Below, piece after piece: positions 39,811 to 49,389 of a DNA stretch of 64,000 nucleotides. The first letter of the stretch is position 1. Each line of letters opens with the position of its first letter. The notes beneath the pieces are model-generated. The model saw nothing but the letters and a program-made list of their open reading frames with translations, had not been told where the DNA came from and did not search any database. A program made the position numbers and the translations under genes. Source of the DNA: an archaeon (GTDB lineage Archaea; Asgardarchaeota; Thorarchaeia; Thorarchaeales; Thorarchaeaceae); assembly GCA_024276825.1 (NCBI GenBank), contig JAJRWI010000079.1, positions 51,365 through 115,364 on the forward strand, given 5' to 3'.

Positions 39811-41052
39811 GTGACGATGGGTATTACCAGACTCCTGTTGCACTCATCTATGCGAAATATTAGAGTCCAATCTGGGTTTCTTCTTATTGTTTTCGTATCA
39901 AGTCTTATGTTATCAACTATGGGACTGTTTTCTAATTCCACTGTGTATGCAATGATCCAAGATATTGAAGATAGTGCGCTTGTAGATATCACCATTGATT
40001 ACATTGGACATAATGGCGGTTATAGCAGTAAAACAATGGACATGGCAACTGTTCAATTACTGCAGATAAGGAACATTAGGTGGGGTCAAATCCTTGGTCG
40101 CATAGATTGCTACTCAACAACTAACATATTGCCAGAAATTCATTTTAAGACGAGACTTGTTTACACAACCATTTCTTCACCCCTACATGACGATATCAAA
40201 TTAGTCGAGGGAAGACTTCCTTTAGCAAGTAATGAAACCTTGGTTGATGCGTCATCCATGCTTGGGAAGAATGTGAGTTTAAATGATAACATAACAATTG
40301 ATCTCGCACCATTCACTGATGAATTATTGAATATTTCGATGACTGTTGTCGGAAAAGCAATCATTGGTGACAAAACAAACAGAATTGTCAATGGTACTTA
40401 TTCACCAGTTGAAATTACCACTTCACAGGAGATATCTCAATACAATGGGGCTAGCTTGATCTTCTGCGATTGGAGTTTGACAATGGGCATGATTCTAGAC
40501 AATCTAATGAGTAGACAAATCTATATCCCAGAGCCAGCTCAGGTATTCATTTTATTGGATAGGAGTAATCTTGCAACAACTCAAGTAGAACTGATGATTG
40601 AGCAACTCAAGAGCATTCGAAGAGAGGTGGCAGATAGCGCAATAAAGGTCTTGGGCGAAGGTTTTTCATGGCATCATGTTTGTCCAATTCTTCAAGAGGC
40701 ACTAGAGAATAGAAAAGGGGAAATATTGGATGTTAGCAATTACATTGCCAACACAACTATTTCAATGGTAATTGCATCATTGGTGATGATAATCATTGCA
40801 GATCGAATTTGTAGAATCTCTGATGGGTGAGTATTGGCAGTTCATAAGACTCATAGTATTCATGAAATGGATGCCACAGCATTTGCTTCTTTTCTAAGAA
40901 AACGACTTGATGAGATAGATGGTGAAATTCAATCACTCACTCAACGCATGAATAGAGGAAAACTCAATGTTGAGAGATATATTCAGCAATATAATAGATT
41001 GATAACTAAAAGAGATGTGCTGAGTGAAGAATTGCAGATTTTGGGAGAATAG
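39811..41052 (+). pseudogene. Truncated FtsX/MacB-like ABC permease
   Basis: N-terminal TM plus extracellular domain (EGRLP...NE.LV). In-frame TGA at 40828-40830 just before VLAVHKTHSI, a remnant of the 'IAILK.RG' motif; it then runs into an unrelated coiled coil. Confidence 0.6.
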
Positions 41053-41072
41053 CCATAGGAGGTATTGATTCT

Positions 41073-43658
41073 TTGGGTTTCCTGCGTTCTTATTGGATTC
41101 TTAAAGAAACCATGAAAAATAGAAGGTTAGTAATGGCAATCTGCATTTTGCCTTTCATTATTACGTCCACCCTAATTACAACAAATGCGATAATTGAAAA
41201 TAGTTGGAGCGGTTTTGTTCATGAACAAGTTCAAAAAGTGCCATTTGAGTTTTCAGCAAGACTTGCAAGCTTTAGGCACAATGATATCCCATCATCTCAA
41301 CAAATCAATGAAATAAAAAAGGATATGGAGTCATATGAAGAGATAGAAGGGGCGGAGATTATAGCTGCTGAGGTTTTCGATTATGGCAGTATAAAGCAGG
41401 TTTTCATTGGAATACAAGATAATTCAAGTCTATGGAATTCCATTGATCCTATTGATTATTCAGAACATCCAAGAAACAATGAATGTATTGTTATTAATAA
41501 AGCATCAACCGCTCTGCATGTACCCAATGAAAGTAAGATGTTTCTGCCATTTCCATCCACATTGGATGGGGCAGATATTATCATAAAGGAATTGATTGTG
41601 AAAGGTCATGCCACAACCAAATTCGATAGTCAGTTATTATTGATTCCGTTTGATCAAGTTGTGGATGATTATGTGATTTTCATATCAAGCTATGACACAT
41701 TATGGAAAGAAGTAATGGATTATTACAATATTCACCAGATAAATGGGAATTATCCGTTTTACCTTGAGTTTGCAATATACATTAATGACACACTGATTAA
41801 TAATGTAATAGAGGAAGGGACACTTAATGAGTACACTCAATCTTGGGAGAACAAAATAAGCTTAACATGGACATTTGATGCAGTCTTTCCTATCATTACA
41901 AGTACTGTTGGAGATGTTCAAGATTCATTAGCAAATCTCAGAATTTGGTCGATATCTCAAATGATTCCAATTCTGGGTATAATCCTGCTTCTTATAGACA
42001 TCCAAAGAAATCAAATTAGTGCAGCAAGAGCGAGATCAATTGCAATATTGAAGAGTAAAGGCATCAATGATAGAATTATTATTCAAAACCTCTTGGTTGA
42101 GGCTGTTCTTTTAGGTGCAATTTCAGGGATAATCGGGGGAATTGCAGGAAGTATTTTGATAAATCTACTAGTTAGTCGAAATGTTATTCCAATTGATCCT
42201 TGGACAGCACTGATATCGATTCTGATCGGAGTGTTAATCACAATCATTATTGAGTTGACTCTTTTCACCAGTCAAAAGAGGAATTTTGGAGTCACTCTCG
42301 ATGAGCATATTCAAACGAGGAGTGGAGATATCAAAGCAACTAATACAACCATACTCATTTTAATTGGCATTGGGTTAGTGAATATCTGTTTTTGGACATT
42401 TGGGATATTAGTAAGTGATATTATGTCAGAGGGAGTTTATCCAATTCATTTGAGCATATTGCTCTTTCTTCTAAATGGATTTGATAATCTTGCAGGCTTT
42501 GTAGGACCCACTTTACTATTGATTGGTCTTGGCTTATTGTTCTCCAAATTCAATATTACAAGTGTTTTTCGAAAAGTAAAACAAAGGGATAGCCTGTTAA
42601 TATACAACAAAAGAATTGCTCTTACAATATTCATCATAGTTGGACTTGCTGTCTGGTCATCACTTGTGTTAGAGTCAGAAATCAGTCTAGCAGATTGGCA
42701 AGTACTAGAATCAGTTGGATCCGACATACGGTTTCAAATCAATTCGGACAATCTCACCGATGCTATGGATTCCATAATTGATATTGAACATGTTGAAGGG
42801 GTTACATTTGTCACCGAGTTCGAGTGTAATATATTTTCAGCACGTGTGCCAATGATGACAGTAGAACCAGAAAAATGGGCAAATATAGCATATTTTGAGT
42901 CAAGTTGGTTTTCAGCACCAATTAACTATTTGATGTCATTACTAAATGACAACAACTCCATTATCCTAGAAAAGAGCATTGCGAAAGAATGGAGCATCAG
43001 CCCTAATGACACAATTTCAGTCCTTTTCTCTGGGCAAATCATTTCATTGCGGGTTATTGGTTTGTTTGGTCCTAATCGCGATGCCATTGAAAACACTGAG
43101 GAGATTCATTCTATAGTAAGCATCGAAACCATGAATCAGTATGATTACGACCCACCAATTGCAAAAGTATTAGTAAGGACGGACCAGAGAGATAGAATTA
43201 ATGAGGTGCGAAATAAAATCATCAATCTTGGCTACACAATTTGGGGAATGGAGGATAGCACGCAACCAGATTATTCTACTCTTAATGCTGTACGTATCGA
43301 ATTGGCATTTTCTAATATGTGTGCAATATTGATTTTCTCAGCAATCACAATTATTGCAAACACTCAGATTTTCTATTATTCGATGAAACAAGACATAGCA
43401 ACCATGAAGATTAGAGGAATCCCCAAACAGGAGAGAGAGCATGTTGTTATGAGTCCAATGAATTATGGTTTTCAAATCATACCACTTGCAATTGCATCAG
43501 GAGCCATTTCCTTTTTGTCGAGTATATTGTGGTTTGACAGAAATAACTCATTACTCTTTATGCCGAAGTTCAATAATCCATTAATTATCGCTATATTTCT
43601 AATAATAATTATTTCCATTCTATGGATAATTAGAAAAGTCTTTTCGTTGAGCACCTGA
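41073..43658 (+). CDS. FtsX/MacB-like ABC permease (duplicated module)
   Basis: RSIAILKSKG...LLVEA.LLG..G and DIATMKIRG motifs; VGSDIR; two large extracellular loops. Confidence 0.82.
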   Translation: MGFLRSYWILKETMKNRRLVMAICILPFIITSTLITTNAIIENSWSGFVHEQVQKVPFEFSARLASFRHNDIPSSQQINEIKKDMESYEEIEGAEIIAAEVFDYGSIKQVFIGIQDNSSLWNSIDPIDYSEHPRNNECIVINKASTALHVPNESKMFLPFPSTLDGADIIIKELIVKGHATTKFDSQLLLIPFDQVVDDYVIFISSYDTLWKEVMDYYNIHQINGNYPFYLEFAIYINDTLINNVIEEGTLNEYTQSWENKISLTWTFDAVFPIITSTVGDVQDSLANLRIWSISQMIPILGIILLLIDIQRNQISAARARSIAILKSKGINDRIIIQNLLVEAVLLGAISGIIGGIAGSILINLLVSRNVIPIDPWTALISILIGVLITIIIELTLFTSQKRNFGVTLDEHIQTRSGDIKATNTTILILIGIGLVNICFWTFGILVSDIMSEGVYPIHLSILLFLLNGFDNLAGFVGPTLLLIGLGLLFSKFNITSVFRKVKQRDSLLIYNKRIALTIFIIVGLAVWSSLVLESEISLADWQVLESVGSDIRFQINSDNLTDAMDSIIDIEHVEGVTFVTEFECNIFSARVPMMTVEPEKWANIAYFESSWFSAPINYLMSLLNDNNSIILEKSIAKEWSISPNDTISVLFSGQIISLRVIGLFGPNRDAIENTEEIHSIVSIETMNQYDYDPPIAKVLVRTDQRDRINEVRNKIINLGYTIWGMEDSTQPDYSTLNAVRIELAFSNMCAILIFSAITIIANTQIFYYSMKQDIATMKIRGIPKQEREHVVMSPMNYGFQIIPLAIASGAISFLSSILWFDRNNSLLFMPKFNNPLIIAIFLIIIISILWIIRKVFSLST

Positions 43659-43689
43659 TTCATATTGTATAGGGCATTTGGGTGAAGCC

Positions 43690-43976
43690 ATGATATAGTC
43701 CTGTTTCATGCTGAGAATCTAGAACAGCTAAATGTTAACTCCCGTGGAGTTAATGAGTTAATTTTGAATGAATTGGGGGATGTTCGTCTTTGCGTTGAAG
43801 ATGTGGATGATTGACATGTATTGCTGAAATCCAAGATTCACGGCATTGCGGTGCGTGTCTGAACTATCAATGATAGGGAAGCTATGGAGAAACCGATAGA
43901 TCTGGGAGTCGATGGAGTATTTACTGATAGACCTCAACTATGGAGAGATGTTCTCGTTGGGAGGAGAATGCTGTAA
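43690..43976 (+). pseudogene. Glycerophosphodiester phosphodiesterase C-terminal remnant
   Basis: HGIAVRV*TINDREAM...LGVDGVFTDRP, i.e. the GDPD motif 'V.VWT.N...GVDG..TD.P' with Trp mutated to TGA at 43860. A second TGA at 43812. 5' end approximate. Confidence 0.75.
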
Positions 43977-44111
43977 GAGCCGAGTGAAAATGATGAATTT
44001 GCCGGTCTTTCAACTCAACCACAATTACCTTAATATGTTGTGAGAACAACATAGAATTCATCCCTTACATATCTTGCAAGGGAATAAATGTCCAACGATG
44101 AGGAAAAATAG

Positions 44112-44246
44112 ATGACTTGTCCGGAATATAATACAGAGGAGAACAAATGTGGAGTTGATGGCTTCAAGTTCTATGAAGGAATGAACAAGCCCTGCGACAC
44201 TCCTGGGATAACCAAGGAGAAATGTCCGCGATTCGCCATGCAGTAG
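44112..44246 (+). CDS. 44-aa four-cysteine mini-protein (putative metal-binding), below the ORF-track cutoff
   Basis: MTCPEYNTEENKCGVDGFKFYEGMNKPCDTPGITKEKCPRFAMQ; GAGGA upstream; hairpin downstream. Confidence 0.6.
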   Translation: MTCPEYNTEENKCGVDGFKFYEGMNKPCDTPGITKEKCPRFAMQ

Positions 44247-44275
44247 AAAAAAGTTGATCCCCTTGTTCCATAATC

Positions 44276-44321
44276 TATGGGCTGAAGCAATGTTGGAATA
44301 ATGGACATTGCTCGGCCCATA
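44276..44321 (+). terminator. Long imperfect hairpin
   Basis: TATGGGCTG-A-AGCAATGT ... ACATTGCT-CGGCCCATA (about 17 bp), followed by a T6 run. Confidence 0.5.
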
Positions 44322-44495
44322 AATTGCAATTTTTTGGGAGTACCATATTGAATACAGAGCTTTATTATTCCAAATAGTTACGTTCAGCACTGAAGTTTAC
44401 TAAAGTTTGCTATTAATCCCGGTATATTACTCAGTGTCGCGAAGAGTTTATCAATGACACAGTAAGAGGGCTAAAGCGCAATGGTGGTTTGAATC

Positions 44496-44762
44496 ATGGT
44501 AAAGGCCTACGTACTAATCAAGACCCAATGTGGTCTGGTCGATGAAGTCCTCAAAGAGATCCTTGAGATGACGATTGTGGAAGAAGCACACAAAGTGTTC
44601 GGTGCATTTGATATAGTTGCGGAGGTGCGCGCAAGAGACATGGAAGCAATTGTTGATGTGATCATCGGAAAGATGAGAAAGATTGAGGGGATGGTTGATA
44701 CCCAGTCCCTATTGGTTGTCGATGCAGAACTTGACCTCATATCCACAACAATGGCCAATTGA
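44496..44762 (+). CDS. Lrp/AsnC ligand-binding-domain-only protein
   Basis: AYVLI, V.EAH.V.G.FDIVA.V, IEG...T.SL. Confidence 0.88.
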   Translation: MVKAYVLIKTQCGLVDEVLKEILEMTIVEEAHKVFGAFDIVAEVRARDMEAIVDVIIGKMRKIEGMVDTQSLLVVDAELDLISTTMAN

Positions 44763-44868
44763 GAGTCTGTCCCCATATTTGTTAAAAGCAAGTGTGCGGT
44801 TTCATTATTAGAACAACATTAAGGGGGCAATCGCGATTAGTCCAAAAGTACTCTCGAGAAAACCATTC

Positions 44869-45618
44869 ATGTTAATGTTGATAGATGATGCTGGCGAACT
44901 TCAGCCTGTGAAGTTGGATCCCCATCTTGCAAATAGTAATAATGCAGTAATTGTACTTGATGAATATCATGATACATGTTGGGTATTCATCGGTCGTAAT
45001 GTCAATATGGCAACAAGGATGCATGCTCTGAGAATGGGCAAGTCTATTCAGAGAATGGGCTATAAGATAGGCGTGGCTACTATAGGAATGGGTACCACCA
45101 AGATTGTAGAGATGCTGGAGAAGAATGACAGTGATCCAGAGGTGGCCAAGGCAATTGAGGAGTTCAGGGCTGTGCTTGAGGGAAGATGGTCATTTGATGA
45201 TGAGGTTCTAGCATTTCGTCCTGATAAACCCAAAGAACCGATTGCAGGGACACCAGTGAGAGCAGAAGAACCCGTGATCACTCCTGAATCAACAATTGAG
45301 GTTGATGCTCAACCTGCAGTGACTGAAGAACCCACATTAACCGCAAAGACTGTTGAGGAACAGGCCTCATTTCTATCATTGGGCGAACAAAAAGCCGCAC
45401 TATTACTGTTCTCGATCATAAAGCACACCGATCTCACATATAGCGAGAGATTCGAGAAAGACGGTAAGATGGGTGTAAAGATCGAGGCACCTGGTGTGTT
45501 GACAATTGAAGCTTTACTGGCAGAAAACGATATTCACATCACACCACCCAACTTTGGCGACTCGGAAGTGGCCAAGAGGGTGAAAGAAGAGTTTGAGAGT
45601 CTTATCAGCAAGTTGTAG
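44869..45618 (+). CDS. Gelsolin-like domain + linker + extra C-terminal domain (1DGelX-like architecture)
   Basis: AVIVLDE..DTCWVFIG......R..A...G.SI gelsolin-like core; P/E/T-rich linker; alpha/beta tail. Confidence 0.62.
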   Translation: MLMLIDDAGELQPVKLDPHLANSNNAVIVLDEYHDTCWVFIGRNVNMATRMHALRMGKSIQRMGYKIGVATIGMGTTKIVEMLEKNDSDPEVAKAIEEFRAVLEGRWSFDDEVLAFRPDKPKEPIAGTPVRAEEPVITPESTIEVDAQPAVTEEPTLTAKTVEEQASFLSLGEQKAALLLFSIIKHTDLTYSERFEKDGKMGVKIEAPGVLTIEALLAENDIHITPPNFGDSEVAKRVKEEFESLISKL

Positions 45619-45633
45619 AATTGATGTCTTAAA

Positions 45634-45649
45634 GGGGAATCAACTCCCC
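45634..45649. terminator. Short hairpin between convergent genes
   Basis: GGGGA-ATCAAC-TCCCC. Confidence 0.35.
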
Positions 45650-45675
45650 AGAACATTCAACTGATAGAACCATTG

Positions 45676-46425
45676 CTACAATTGTCTATACCAGTATCTA
45701 TAGACCTCTTGAAAGCCCAGTTGATGGTATAGATTAAGAGCTGGCTCATTATCAACCTCGACTTGCAGATAACAGGTTTCAGCCCCCTGAAGTTTCGCCC
45801 AGGTGGCTAATGCTTTGTTGATTGCAGAGGCAAGACCCTTCCTACGATGGTCAGGATGAGTGGCCAGACTGAAGATCCCCGCCCATTTGCCTTCTACAAC
45901 ACAGAGACCAACACTGACAATCGTGTCATTAATAGAGACCGATGCAAATGACTTCTTTTGCGAGATGCGTTCCATTATTCCACGGCGAACTGCGATCTTA
46001 TAGTCGGAGTATCCCGTGACCATCTGGTAGCCGCGAATCCATTCATCCAGGGGACTGTTGATGATGTTGACATGCCAGTCAGTTTCAACAGAGACCAAGA
46101 CATCAAGATTGGCGGTCTCTATTGCAACCACAAGTTCCTTTTCAAATCCAGCATGCGCTAGGATCTCATCAAGTCCTTTTGGTCTACTTGCAGAAGTCAC
46201 CTGAAAACGTGGAGTGATTTTGCGACTTGTGTAAAATTCGACCACATAATTTATGGCATCATCAATATCAAGAGAAGGGTCATCAAGTGGAAACACACTG
46301 TTGGCTCTGCGGGTGACATCGCCATCAGCACGTAGGTACCAACCGCCAAGCCGTTCAACCTCTTTCGCTGGCCATGCATGAAATGCAATGGTCTCAAGTT
46401 CAATTATTAACTCTTCATTGCTCAT
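45676..46425 (-). CDS. GNAT family N-acetyltransferase
   Basis: AWPA...GGW.LRA..GVTRRANSV; HRRKGLA; YLQV...N.PA..LY..LGF. Confidence 0.9.
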   Translation of the reverse strand: MSNEELIIELETIAFHAWPAKEVERLGGWYLRADGDVTRRANSVFPLDDPSLDIDDAINYVVEFYTSRKITPRFQVTSASRPKGLDEILAHAGFEKELVVAIETANLDVLVSVETDWHVNIINSPLDEWIRGYQMVTGYSDYKIAVRRGIMERISQKKSFASVSINDTIVSVGLCVVEGKWAGIFSLATHPDHRRKGLASAINKALATWAKLQGAETCYLQVEVDNEPALNLYHQLGFQEVYRYWYRQL

Positions 46426-46534
46426 TGGTGGGTCGCCTCAATGTCATGTTATCCGGATGTATCATGGCCATAAAGATGACGCCATCAGTACACATTAAAA
46501 TGTGGCATATACAATACACAAGAGGCTTCTGATT

Positions 46535-47473
46535 ATGGGACGTCTTCGCTGGAACCAGATGCTGGGTGAATGGGTGATCATCACTCCTGACAGGGCGGAC
46601 AGACCCTTTCAAGAGAAGGACCATAAGTGTCCATTCTGCGTGGAGCAGATGCCCGAGTGGGGTGACAAGGGCGTAATTACTATTGAGAACAAATATCCCT
46701 CTTTGAACGAGTCAGTTGGTATGGTGCCGCTTGACACAGATATTGTTCTAGAGGCCCCCGCCTATGGCGCTTGTAGAGTGTTATTGTATACAAAAGATCA
46801 CAACAAGCAATTTGAGGATCTCTCAGCTGAGCAGGCAGAACTCGTCCTTGGTGAATATCTAAGTGTGTTTGAAGAACTTGAGAATATGAGAGGGATTGCA
46901 TATGTGTTTCAGTTTGAAAATAGGGGCAGATCAATAGGCACAAGCCTAGATCATCCTCACGCACAGGTCTATGCCTTGCCATTTGTTCCTCCGAGGATTC
47001 AACGAGAGCAGATTCAGTTAATCAGGAGTCAAAGAGAGGAGGGTGAGTGCCTGATATGTCGAATGCTGAAGAACGAGCTGAAGTCGAGAATGAGGATAGT
47101 CAGGGATTCAGATAATTTCGTGACCCTGCTGCCATTTGCAGCCAGACTACCTTACGAGGTTCACATCTACCCGAAGACACATGCATCAAGCCTGAGCGAA
47201 TTGAAAGAGCACCTCAGAGAGCTTGCAATGATGATTCAAGACCTTGTAAGGAGATACAAGTCAGTCTTTGATGATGTTGCCTATTCCATGGTGTTCCACA
47301 CAAGGCCAACGATTGGCAGTCATGACTACTGGCACTTTCATATCGAGTTCTATCCACCATGGAGAGATCGTTCCAGACTGAAGTATTTGGCAAGTGTGGA
47401 GAATGGAGCATGGACATATACAAATGAGTCCAGTCCCGAGGAGAAGGCAAGGGAACTACGTGATGCGATATGA
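46535..47473 (+). CDS. galT: Galactose-1-phosphate uridylyltransferase
   Basis: LRWN...GEWV...R..RP, CPFC, ENKYP, FENRG..G.S..HPH.Q. Confidence 0.93.
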   Translation: MGRLRWNQMLGEWVIITPDRADRPFQEKDHKCPFCVEQMPEWGDKGVITIENKYPSLNESVGMVPLDTDIVLEAPAYGACRVLLYTKDHNKQFEDLSAEQAELVLGEYLSVFEELENMRGIAYVFQFENRGRSIGTSLDHPHAQVYALPFVPPRIQREQIQLIRSQREEGECLICRMLKNELKSRMRIVRDSDNFVTLLPFAARLPYEVHIYPKTHASSLSELKEHLRELAMMIQDLVRRYKSVFDDVAYSMVFHTRPTIGSHDYWHFHIEFYPPWRDRSRLKYLASVENGAWTYTNESSPEEKARELRDAI

Positions 47474-48633
47474 TCGAGGTACCTGATGAGTTGAGCGTGC
47501 GCGCTTTAGATGTACTTGGTGATGAGTTCGTCATATCTCGCGCCCCAGGTCGTGTGGAAGTTCTTGGAAATCACACAGACTACAATGGGGGTATCGTGCT
47601 AGCAGCGACAATTGATAGGTTCGTATGGTCAGCAGGAATCACCGATAAGGAGGTTTCCATCGAGTCAGTGAATTTTGGTGAAACTACACAATTCAGCCCA
47701 TACAGTTTACAGCCCAGTTATGGCAATCACTGGGACGACTATGTTAAAGGCGTCTATTGGGCACTAGAGAGAAGAAAGCATCAGACTGGTGGTCTCAGAG
47801 CATTAGTTTATGGTAATGTTCCGATTGGTTCTGGGCTGAGTTCATCAGCAGCGCTTGAGGTTTCAATCGCAAATCTGATTGTTACGATTCATGATATCAG
47901 GATGCATCCAAAGGCCCTTGCCATGATTGCGTTTGAAGCAGAGAGGCTCTATTGCAACATCTCATGTGGAATCATGGATCAGTTCACTTCACAACTTGGG
48001 AAACCCAATTCACTCATTGCGATACAGTGTGCCTCTCTTCAGACCAAGAACATACCTGTGCCCACTGAGGGACAGTTCGTCATTGTTGATTCAACGGTTT
48101 CGCGTGAGGCCAAGGACATTTTGAATAAGAGGAGGGAAGAGTGTCAATCAGCCTTACATACGCTTCAGAGTGATGGTTGGGACATCAGCAACCTGTCTGC
48201 AATCCGCAGCGAAGACATTCAAAGGGCGCTTAACGCCCTTGACGGGAACATTCGACATAGAGTTCAGCACGTACTTGAAGAGAATGCCAGGGTCCACCAA
48301 GGAATAAATGCATTAGAGAGAGGGGACCTCGTTGGGTTTGGAAACATCATGAAAAAGTCTCATGCCAGTTCAAAGGAATTGTATGAAGTGTCGCATCCCA
48401 TGTTAGACCTGCTAGTAGACCTCTCAGTCAAGTTCGATGGCGTGCTCGGAAGCAGGTTGACGGGGGCAGGACTTGGAGGAGCAATAATCAGTCTTGTCAA
48501 GAGGAACAAGATGGAGGCCTATGTGGAGTTCATAAAGGACCTCTATGAGAGAGAGACTGGAATGAATGTGCGGGCCTATCCATTGACAATCCCAGGTGGA
48601 GCAATCGGGTACAGAGTGAGTGCAGGTGATTGA
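47470..48633 (+). CDS. galK: Galactokinase
   Basis: APGRV..LG.HTDYN.G, P.GSGLSSSAA, CGIMDQ, G.RLTGAG.GG. Confidence 0.95.
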   Translation: MIEVPDELSVRALDVLGDEFVISRAPGRVEVLGNHTDYNGGIVLAATIDRFVWSAGITDKEVSIESVNFGETTQFSPYSLQPSYGNHWDDYVKGVYWALERRKHQTGGLRALVYGNVPIGSGLSSSAALEVSIANLIVTIHDIRMHPKALAMIAFEAERLYCNISCGIMDQFTSQLGKPNSLIAIQCASLQTKNIPVPTEGQFVIVDSTVSREAKDILNKRREECQSALHTLQSDGWDISNLSAIRSEDIQRALNALDGNIRHRVQHVLEENARVHQGINALERGDLVGFGNIMKKSHASSKELYEVSHPMLDLLVDLSVKFDGVLGSRLTGAGLGGAIISLVKRNKMEAYVEFIKDLYERETGMNVRAYPLTIPGGAIGYRVSAGD

Positions 48634-48636
48634 TTC

Positions 48637-49359
48637 ATGAGCGCGTTAAGAGAAGACATAGACACAGTTAGAGAGTTTGCGCCAATCTTGCACTTTCATC
48701 CCAAGGAGGGGGAGTTCTGCTGCTTCCCTTCAGATGCAGAGGAGATCTATGAGTGGTTCTCATCAGACTGGAGCCAGTTTACGGAGGATCTCAGCCCATC
48801 AGTAATTAATGAGAATGCGCCGTGCTATTATGAGATCTGGAGAGATGACAGGATGATTCAGCTCCGCTACTGGTTCTGGTATAGGTTTAACAGGTTTCCG
48901 GGAGCACCGTTCAGACTTGGCGATCATCTTGGTGATTGGGAACATATTGAGGTTCGCATCTATCATAATCTTAACGAAGATGTGGTCATCTGGCTCTACT
49001 CAAACCACCTCACAGCACGGCTTGCCTCAAGGCCTTTGGGCTATACAATTGATGGCTTCACTCCTGAACGACTGATCACTAATGAGAATCATGTTCATGC
49101 ATGGGTTGCGCTTGGCTCTCATGCACATTATCCCTTACCGGACAGCAGACCCTACTGTTATGCTAGAGTTTTATGTGACAGGATTGCAGAGGGAGGAAAA
49201 ACTTGGAACACTTGGAACAACCTCAAGGCATTGAAGGATACCAATTTTGCGTCATTTACAGGACGATGGGGTGACAAGAAGGCACCAAGAAGTCCAACTA
49301 ACAAATACAATAATCGTTGGCGAAATGCACCAGACATAGAACCATTCATCATCAAATGA
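48637..49359 (+). CDS. Vps62-like protein
   Basis: FAP.L.FH..E...P, Y.F.Y..N, H.GDWEH..V, A.GSHA.Y, F.GRWG...SP. Confidence 0.75.
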   Translation: MSALREDIDTVREFAPILHFHPKEGEFCCFPSDAEEIYEWFSSDWSQFTEDLSPSVINENAPCYYEIWRDDRMIQLRYWFWYRFNRFPGAPFRLGDHLGDWEHIEVRIYHNLNEDVVIWLYSNHLTARLASRPLGYTIDGFTPERLITNENHVHAWVALGSHAHYPLPDSRPYCYARVLCDRIAEGGKTWNTWNNLKALKDTNFASFTGRWGDKKAPRSPTNKYNNRWRNAPDIEPFIIK

Positions 49360-49389
49360 GAGAGAATATTAATCCAAAGTAGTGCTAAT

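Noticed and set aside
40834-41052. 72-aa coiled-coil ORF as an independent gene
   Set aside because: It is in frame with the truncated permease and begins with a remnant FtsX motif, so it is more likely a deletion-junction fragment. A small real gene starting at MDATAF cannot be excluded.
39118-43976. TGA recoding (Trp, Gly or Sec) suggested by four in-frame TGA codons, one at a conserved Trp
   Set aside because: The adjacent 861-aa permease uses TGG for its Trp residues and ends in TGA. The same genes also carry frameshifts and truncations, and none of the TGA codons sits at a Cys-type site. Decay is the simpler explanation.
44276-44321. Hairpin as a SECIS or an IS200/IS605 end
   Set aside because: It lacks the opposing GA or A of SECIS cores, and no transposase or TnpB is nearby. 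Treated as a terminator or 3' structure.
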